DNA of 64,000 nt from positions 329,438-393,437 of the forward strand of contig VRVR01000013.1 of assembly GCA_009859145.1 (NCBI GenBank), given 5' to 3'. Each line of letters begins with the position of its first letter. Positions within the stretch are counted from its first letter, which is position 1. Positions 57,801-64,000 of this stretch are shown here, piece after piece. The notes beneath the pieces are model-generated. The model did not search any database. It saw nothing but the letters and a program-made list of their open reading frames with translations, and had not been told where the DNA came from. The stretch is from Andalucia godoyi And28 (taxonomy: Eukaryota > Protista > Jakobida). The position numbers and the translations under genes are program-made.

Positions 57801-60800
57801 GATTCTGTTCTCCTGCACGAATGATCCCGCCCCCGTGTTTTCTGCTGGAGAAGGCGCATCACCACAAGCACTTTCCAATGTCCAGTTGTCGCAGTCTTCG
57901 ACGGAAAATCCGTTTGTGACGTTCTTGGATTATCAGAATTCTGCGGTTTGCGGTTCGCATTGCTATGTGTACCTGACGGTGAACTCCACGCTGACCAACT
58001 TCACGTATGGAATGATGCGCATCGACCAAGACGAACCTTCTTTACACGGATTGAGTGTGTATCAGAATGGTCTCGTTCAGCAGCGAACTGTTCTGCTCAA
58101 GGCAGATATCCAACAGGAAGTCACGGCAGACTACGCATTCTTTGCCGTCCCGTCGTTTTCCCTGCAAAATGGGGAAGTTGTTCGGACGAACGTGTACTCC
58201 TCTTGTGCTTGCGAGCGACATGCCATCATGTCAACTCCTTATCAGCCTGCCACTGCCTATTCCGCGGACAGCAGCTTCGTGTACTACTCGTTTAATCTTC
58301 CTTCTGATGGAGTCTACTCGTTCTGCGTCGTGGCTCGCGCGCAGACTGCTGGCACTGAACGGGCGTATGTCCCACTGAAGGACATTTTAGTTGCCGCTGC
58401 GACGACGGTCGTCACTCAGGATAGTCCGGTGTTTCCGAATATTCAATTTGGCAGTTCCAAGACATTTGCCTTCAACCACGTTGCTGCCGCCGCGGATTTC
58501 CAAGTGAGTTTCACTCCGTACTCTGGATTTGCCAGCGTGTTTCTGAAGTACGGTCTGGCCCCGCTTGCTGACGGTTCGAATGCTGACCGTTCTGCAGTCT
58601 TGACAGTCCCTGGCAACTCCATCTATGTTGACACAAAGGACGATGAGTTCTCGACGGGATACTGGTTCGTAACGGTCGTTCCTTCTCGCGGTGCTGTTTA
58701 CGGTGCGTTGGAGGTGAACACCTATTCCCCGTCGTCCTTGAACCTGAATGCTCTTGACCTCGGGTATCCGATCTACAACACTGTTCCCTACCACGATATC
58801 ATGCTCTACAGTGTCCAGGGGTTGTTCATGGATGAGCATTCCGTTGTTGAAATTTCAGCGACTATCGCCTACGGCAGGGTGGATCTCTTTGCCGGAACGC
58901 TGCAAAATGTCACTCTGGATTCATCGTTGGCCGCGTCTGCTGGTCCGGGATCACGTCGTGTGTACCTCTTTGGTCGCGAACTAGGTGTGACTGCTGCGCA
59001 GTTTGTGCCGTTGTATGTCGGAGTTCGCGGAGCCCGTCAGGGCTTGTCCAATTTTGTGTTAACAGCAACTCTTATCCAGGGACCGAATCCTACCGAGTCG
59101 ACTCTGCTTTGGGGTGTTCCTCAAGTCTTTGGAGCCCCCAACAACGAGAATCGTACGTTCCTTACTCTCTCTGGCGGCACCCGGGAACTCTGGTCTGCCT
59201 TGTATGTGGAGCGCTGTGACAACTCTCCGACCGGAACGCTGAGCCTGTACTACGCTAACAACCGCCTGCCGACCCCAGTCGACAAGGATGGCTCTGCTGT
59301 TGTGACAACCTTTTCTGCATTGGTGTTGAATCAAACGGAGCCTCCCAAGAACACTTGGATGTACTACAGTGTGTATCCTACAAACGGCGCATTTGTTTAC
59401 TCCTTGACGCGCTTGACTGCTGGAATTGCGGTTCCCACGGCCGGAGTGATGGTTGTGTCGTCATCTGCACCGTCGACTCTGACAGTTGCGTTCACGGCTG
59501 CAACAAGCCCTGATGGCGGCCCCCTGGAGTACGCAGTGTTCATCGCAAGAGCAGAAGATGATTTCCGATTCCCGAATAACCTGTACACTGTTTGCGGCTG
59601 CGAGCGGAACGCGCAGATGTTTTTCGGATATCACCAGCCCACAACCGCGAATTTCCCTCGTGACGCACAAGGCCGCTTGACCTACACGCCGCTGAACATG
59701 GCAAATGGAACGTATGTGGTTAACGTGGTTGCGCGCAGCTCGACCGGACAGTACGCTGTTTACGGAGTGCAAACCGTTAACGTGGTGTCGACTATTGCAT
59801 ATCTTCCTCTCGGCCAAGTGCAGTCCGGTGCATTGCGAGCGATGGGCAGTCAGCTGTACTCATTCTCCCAGATGAATGACGAGACTTTCCTGGTATCTGT
59901 GGTGCCGTTTGTGGGCTCCCACATGTCGGTTTGCGTTAAACAGGGAACCCCGCCTACGGAGGATGACTCGTGTTTCACAGCAGCACCGCCGGGACGCGCC
60001 ATGCGTATTAGCAAGGATGATGCTGATTTCAGACTTGGTCAGTGGTTTGTTCTTGCCGATGGATCTGCCTTGGAAAATGAGCAATTCAACTTGCTTGTTT
60101 ACTCGAACAACTTTTTCGGAGGTGCCGCTCTCACTAGCACTGCCCCGACGTACATGTCCTCCGTGGCGTCGTCGGTGAATGAGTTTTTCTTCCCGCTCCG
60201 TAACTTCCACGCCAATGCCGTTTCTGACGTCATGGTCTCAGTGACGGTAACACAGGGCAGCGCAGATGTCAATATTTTTGCCGATTCTCGTTCTGGCCAT
60301 CCTGTTATCAAGACTCTTAGCGGACCAGCCACCACGCTGTTCACCGATTTGCATCCGGATGTCTTGACTGGTGTTGGAGCCCTGTCGATTGTCGCGACTT
60401 CCAGGGCAACCTCTCCTGTACCGGCAACGTATGTCATTTCCGTTCAACAACCAGGAGTAGAGTCTCTTATTGTGCAGAGCACGCCTACGCAGTCCTATGT
60501 CTCGAGCCGCTTGGGAGTTCCCACGTTATTCAAGACTGGTGGATTGATCGGACAGACGAACCTGAGACTTGTTGTCGAATCGTGCACCAACGATCTTCCT
60601 CCTGTTGCCTACGTCGGCGCCGCTCGTGTCCCGACTGCAGGCGACAACGACGGACAGGCGACGACCGCAGTCGATAATCGCTATGTTTCCATTTTGGGAA
60701 TTTCTGGAAATCCGGCAACGCCGATCGAGTATCATTATGCTTTCTACCCGAACAATGCACCGGAGAATCGGTTTTCGTTCCGGGTCAACTTTGGAGACTC

Positions 60801-61518
60801 TGATCCCAACTTTGGCGCCTCGCTGAAGATTCTGAATTCCGGTCCAGATTTCGTGACAGTTGAATTTGGGGTCCCTACTGGATTTGCTGGAAATTTGGTT
60901 GTATCGACTGCATATGGTCCCTCCGTGGATTCAAACAATGTCCGAAACCACTTTTCAACTGCGTGTGCCGTGCAGCGCACACAGACATTCCAATCCGAGT
61001 ACACCTCTCTCAACTCCTTCTCCAAGACTCCCATTGGAACGTATCAGTATACTTTCGCTGACTTGCCAAGTTCTTCGAATTTGGCGTTCAACATTTTGTT
61101 CAAGACTGATCGTGGAGTTGTGGTTCCTGCTATCCCGGTGTTCAGTTCGACAAGTTCTCCTGTGAATGGATTCAAGAACGAGACTTCCAAGCATCTCTCT
61201 GGGGGCTCTATTTTCTTGATTCTGTTGACGTGCTTGACGTTCACGTACTTGGTTGCTGGATCGGTTGTCCAGTACTTCCGTGGTCGCCGAGGAATGGATG
61301 TTGTTCCCAACTATGGCTTCTGGCGGATTTTGCCAGGTCTTGTTGCCGATGGTGTTCGTTTGCTCACGACCTGCGGCGCGTCCAGCTATTCTGCTTTCCA
61401 GGATCAGCCCCCTGCTGCTGTTCCAGTCGCTTCCGGGACTGCGCCACCTCCTGCTGCTGCTTCCGCGGATGCGTCGTTCGCATCGTCGCCGAGCCGTGGC
61501 GGATATGGATCGATTTGA
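54877..61518 (+). CDS. Giant type-I membrane protein with PPC-like beta-sandwich repeats and an M6PR/ATG27-type cytoplasmic tail (about 2213 aa)
   Basis: Signal peptide, then GDPDLYV/GDADLY repeats, three Cys-marked modules and a TM helix, followed by GRRGMDVVPNYGFWRILPGLVADG. Confidence 0.85.
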   Translation: MGSLFSSAALRLLLLVSAVAAVAMAQVQLTPGQMSFVTIVQKGGQCNACTFLTAPVSLTDGNFVAISIINFYGDADATITNPAGSSWTLSSPTSEVLVVKFGDPKFQNNAVMNITVTPYPPGAEVWFSVLYYYSQATYANAISLVPGLPLIFSTPSAQYVDYVFVPDAANKSLSFSLTRLNGDPDLYVGIQNPPTRRGNARWSLTSSSSEFLYINHITDPLFVVGSTYYTSVYGYNSAGTTYSLTASVEDQGHLTTLLERFPHEEVVKAGLYRYFYVYAPRDTAVRITVETVSASGDPDLYVSVPQQTSCKCTPLPGPGAANYYSASSRFDYVNIPANDAPRVASGCDNLCIGVRAFGTSDATFRITYVAQGDPVILEDGDSVITTVAPNAPLFYVFEKNDPVPGLTFEAQDMGGKCSLFVNFQSPNPSAQKADWTGNYTGFGSKVFIPQGSLAGVYYVGVYQWTGFAGDNSTCLLTSYTSQQSELLVDSVVLYGKTVIEGAYRYFDFQVSDPRFDVIVSISPLAGTDADLYGAYGFRPSSTNYTFKSTRLGTDQFLVNASDPSTFQLGTLHIAVFGWLQSTFSIVAYTANNSVTLSPGFVQAGNVGRKRYNFYNIFNSIAGGNMFISLVSVGTGDADLYAGFGSSYARPDASHNQFASSHSGGDFIVIRGTSVGNYYISVFGFSAADYRIVASVEGSGKPGLLEVAEGTATSMALDPGMGFDVLGFLDDQRDMVISVTPLEGTLSTFVKFGSRATNMPGGSNAKSTDPYPGNMLYLPTSAPYFSAGMVFSNIQNTGTHRAFFQINYLQPPSAAGLTDGTILNLEDGYPTMLTLQDASKAILGRFYITPPATDAYPFTGRFLSISVPFYSGMGNVSVSLSSTFAKVLHSVSGPGNHRIFVPYDTIFTAGQYWAINVYIRVTVYAPGATFALQVASDDGIRRLTRGTAFFSELGPLPTLKNHFSTPMPGDLPSTALILFSCTNDPAPVFSAGEGASPQALSNVQLSQSSTENPFVTFLDYQNSAVCGSHCYVYLTVNSTLTNFTYGMMRIDQDEPSLHGLSVYQNGLVQQRTVLLKADIQQEVTADYAFFAVPSFSLQNGEVVRTNVYSSCACERHAIMSTPYQPATAYSADSSFVYYSFNLPSDGVYSFCVVARAQTAGTERAYVPLKDILVAAATTVVTQDSPVFPNIQFGSSKTFAFNHVAAAADFQVSFTPYSGFASVFLKYGLAPLADGSNADRSAVLTVPGNSIYVDTKDDEFSTGYWFVTVVPSRGAVYGALEVNTYSPSSLNLNALDLGYPIYNTVPYHDIMLYSVQGLFMDEHSVVEISATIAYGRVDLFAGTLQNVTLDSSLAASAGPGSRRVYLFGRELGVTAAQFVPLYVGVRGARQGLSNFVLTATLIQGPNPTESTLLWGVPQVFGAPNNENRTFLTLSGGTRELWSALYVERCDNSPTGTLSLYYANNRLPTPVDKDGSAVVTTFSALVLNQTEPPKNTWMYYSVYPTNGAFVYSLTRLTAGIAVPTAGVMVVSSSAPSTLTVAFTAATSPDGGPLEYAVFIARAEDDFRFPNNLYTVCGCERNAQMFFGYHQPTTANFPRDAQGRLTYTPLNMANGTYVVNVVARSSTGQYAVYGVQTVNVVSTIAYLPLGQVQSGALRAMGSQLYSFSQMNDETFLVSVVPFVGSHMSVCVKQGTPPTEDDSCFTAAPPGRAMRISKDDADFRLGQWFVLADGSALENEQFNLLVYSNNFFGGAALTSTAPTYMSSVASSVNEFFFPLRNFHANAVSDVMVSVTVTQGSADVNIFADSRSGHPVIKTLSGPATTLFTDLHPDVLTGVGALSIVATSRATSPVPATYVISVQQPGVESLIVQSTPTQSYVSSRLGVPTLFKTGGLIGQTNLRLVVESCTNDLPPVAYVGAARVPTAGDNDGQATTAVDNRYVSILGISGNPATPIEYHYAFYPNNAPENRFSFRVNFGDSDPNFGASLKILNSGPDFVTVEFGVPTGFAGNLVVSTAYGPSVDSNNVRNHFSTACAVQRTQTFQSEYTSLNSFSKTPIGTYQYTFADLPSSSNLAFNILFKTDRGVVVPAIPVFSSTSSPVNGFKNETSKHLSGGSIFLILLTCLTFTYLVAGSVVQYFRGRRGMDVVPNYGFWRILPGLVADGVRLLTTCGASSYSAFQDQPPAAVPVASGTAPPPAAASADASFASSPSRGGYGSI

Positions 61519-61847
61519 GATTGATTTGCGCTCTGAATTTGTTTATTTTTCAAGATGCATCCATCCTTGCGTTTTTCGAGTTCTGTTTTGCATAAAGTGA
61601 TTCGTCTCGTGCTTCATAATAGAATAATTTTTTAATTTTAATTTTAATTTTAATTTTAATTTTTTTTTTTTGGAAATATGACCCCGCGTTGCCCAGAACT
61701 TTTGCAGTTGTTTTTTTTAAAGAATATTTGGGCAACAAGCACCCCACACACACAAAATCACACCCACACAAACAAACAAACAATAAAAAAGGGAGACAAA
61801 CTCGCAAAAGACGGAGGATTTGATGGTGCTGCGCAGCTGGGGCACTA

Positions 61848-63875
61848 TTACGCTTGGTAGCCAAGGCGCTGCCGATTCGCATAAGGGAAGACAGGCTTCT
61901 TTTGCGCTCCAACTCCACTTTGATGGTACGCAACCATCGGGTTTCTGTGAGTTGTGTACTTCTTGTTCTTGTAATCATACACAGAGTACGATCGCTTATT
62001 GAAACAGTTCTTTTGCGCAATCCCTTGAACGTAAATGGAGTCCCTTTCCGTGTTGTCATCATTGTCCCAGTATCGCTGGCCGCTCTCGTCCAAGAAACCA
62101 AGACCGTTATTCTGGCAGTCCACAGTGGTGGCCAGTCCGTTTGAACCGGCGTTTGCAGGGCCGGCATGCAGATTCTGCGAACGAATGGTGACCAACTTGC
62201 CGCGCGTCTTCAGTCCAGAGTTTCCGGGGCCGCGATAGTAACCAGGCTTCACAATGATGAGGTCGCGGTTGAACTGCTGCAGAGATCCAGATGCGGATGG
62301 CTGTCCATGCATCAAGCCATACGGTCCATTTGCGCAATCACTCGGGTTTCTGCAGTTGATGAGGGCTCTGTCCAAAGCACGCTGAATGGTCCGATACGGC
62401 TTGTGTGGAGAGCCATCCCCTCCGTTAATTTCGCTGGCGTCCAAATCATAATCGGATCCAGATGTGTCAACATAAATATCCGAAATTCTCAAATCATTCA
62501 GCCGTGCATTTTCTGCAGAATAGCTCAGCCCTCTGCCCGTCATGGATGCAAAGTCCCCCGTGGGGTTCTTGTCTACCAAAGACAAGAAGACATCGGTGAG
62601 CACGGAGGGTTCGTATTCGTCGTAGCCGTACTGGTCTCGATGGCGAGGAGTCATGCATCGGTAGTATCCGACGTTATTAGTCAGAGGATCCAGTGCATGT
62701 GCAGGAGAGGAAGGCTCGGAGTAGGATGCCCACGAGTAGAAGCAGCATTTTGTGCCACAAAGAACCCACGAGTTTGCCGTATCACATGTTGCAATGGAAG
62801 CTGGAGACGTGTATTTCGTCTGGAACACGCAGTAAGCCTTGTTGGACGGATACAAATTTTGTCCGCGGACAGTCAGCTCTGTGTTTCCCCACATTGGAGC
62901 TCTTTGCAAATACGGGATTGGACTTCCTACATTCGAAGAGATATTCGTCACCAGGTCGTCTCGCGTAGAGATCTTGATGGAGGCTGGCAAGGCACTCGTA
63001 ACTGTAAACGCAATTGTGTTAGTTGTGAGCGATCGGGTGGGCGTTGCGTCAATTTCGTATCCAAGCTTGATCGTCCCCGTAACCATGCTGGCTGTTCCGG
63101 ACAGACACGTCCATACCGACACCAATGAACTCGTATCCTTGACCCACTTGGCGATTGTCTTGTCAAGCAAAGCAGGTGCTGCGCTGTAGAAGTAGCAGTA
63201 GACATGAGAGGCATCTCGGAAAGGAACCTGTGTTAGCGAAGCACGGGTATACTGGATTGTCAGCGTTGTGGCTCCTTCTGCAGGGAAGGTGGTATTCACG
63301 GAAGAGCTCGATCCTGCCAGATTGAGTGCAGCAAGCGTGCCAGGAAGCGTTGCACTTCCGAATATCCGATACTTCAAGTACGAACCGGACCCCGATGACA
63401 GGTAGCCGGACCAGATCTGCCCGTCGTTGGTGACCGTAATGTACATTTCATCACAGTAGGTTGCGTTTGACCTTAATGTGTCCGTGAAAGAACTTGTTCC
63501 CGTGCTGAAAATGCAGTACCCGGTCGTTTTCTTAGCCGAGTACACAAAATCGGGAGTGACACACGTAATCATCGCTTCGGAGACCCAAACAGCTGGAACA
63601 CTCCAAGTCATGCCCTTGTAAGACGGGCCTTCTGCGAATCTACAGGAGAGGAACTGAGTGTACCGAAAATCCGTTCCCCATATGGTGAGCAGAGCACGAC
63701 CGGAAGCCGGTCCGTCAGACGGAACTACCTTGGTAACACGCGGAGTAGGAACATTCAGAGTGGCCCCGAGATACGCGCTGTTGTCGTAGTCCGAGTCCAC
63801 ATCCTGGAGCGCGAGCACAGCAGGCAAGATGCCAACCACAGTGACGAGCACCGCAAGAAAAATGAACCGTTTCAT
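61848..63875 (-). CDS. Secreted IPT/TIG-domain protein with a C-terminal beta-helix-cap (DUF1565-like) motif
   Basis: Signal peptide, IPT starts VTKVVPSDGPASGRALLTIWGTDF and APMWGNTELTVRGQNL, then YVDTSGSD...GDGSPHKPYRTIQRAL...IIVKPGYY. Confidence 0.8.
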   Translation of the reverse strand: MKRFIFLAVLVTVVGILPAVLALQDVDSDYDNSAYLGATLNVPTPRVTKVVPSDGPASGRALLTIWGTDFRYTQFLSCRFAEGPSYKGMTWSVPAVWVSEAMITCVTPDFVYSAKKTTGYCIFSTGTSSFTDTLRSNATYCDEMYITVTNDGQIWSGYLSSGSGSYLKYRIFGSATLPGTLAALNLAGSSSSVNTTFPAEGATTLTIQYTRASLTQVPFRDASHVYCYFYSAAPALLDKTIAKWVKDTSSLVSVWTCLSGTASMVTGTIKLGYEIDATPTRSLTTNTIAFTVTSALPASIKISTRDDLVTNISSNVGSPIPYLQRAPMWGNTELTVRGQNLYPSNKAYCVFQTKYTSPASIATCDTANSWVLCGTKCCFYSWASYSEPSSPAHALDPLTNNVGYYRCMTPRHRDQYGYDEYEPSVLTDVFLSLVDKNPTGDFASMTGRGLSYSAENARLNDLRISDIYVDTSGSDYDLDASEINGGDGSPHKPYRTIQRALDRALINCRNPSDCANGPYGLMHGQPSASGSLQQFNRDLIIVKPGYYRGPGNSGLKTRGKLVTIRSQNLHAGPANAGSNGLATTVDCQNNGLGFLDESGQRYWDNDDNTERDSIYVQGIAQKNCFNKRSYSVYDYKNKKYTTHRNPMVAYHQSGVGAQKKPVFPYANRQRLGYQA

Positions 63876-64000
63876 TAATGTTGCATAACCAGAAAAGCGA
63901 AGCGAAAGAAGCGTGAAGGAGCAAATATGAAGAAGAAATTGAAGTATGAAACAAAGGAAGAGAGAAAGAGAGAAAGAGAGAAGAAGAGAAACGAAACGGT

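Noticed and set aside
62166-63128. 320-aa plus-strand ORF and similar long shadow ORFs (for example 56929-57759, 9294-10088, 11711-12442)
   Set aside because: They are antisense shadows of well-supported genes and show no motifs of their own.

Overview
This is a gene-dense, intron-poor nuclear window from a eukaryote, most plausibly a free-living protist. The species cannot be determined from the sequence. About 22 protein-coding genes can be supported. They include ATM kinase (3 exons, about 2890 aa), RIT1, PAAF1/Rpn14, ataxin-10, LSM12, GLE1, ATP synthase subunit f, the ovothiol synthase OvoA, a probable gustatory-receptor-like (7TMIC) channel, a FEN/XPG-type PIN nuclease fused to a DEAH helicase, an Ena/VASP-like protein and two large surface proteins. 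Five GT-AG introns were inferred, all with donors matching GTAYGY. The most notable accessory content is mobile DNA. (1) An internally deleted Fanzor1-like relic lies at about 86-620. (2) A second, unrelated TnpB/Fanzor2-like non-autonomous family has two copies (about 3693-6332 and about 31911-32454) and carries a strand-specific 17-bp UUCG hairpin, a candidate omegaRNA or end structure. (3) A hAT transposon with both ends intact (4020-6275, perfect 8-bp TSD, one frameshift) has inserted into the first copy of that family. No rRNA, tRNA or CRISPR array was recognised. All family assignments come from motif recognition by eye, not from database searches.
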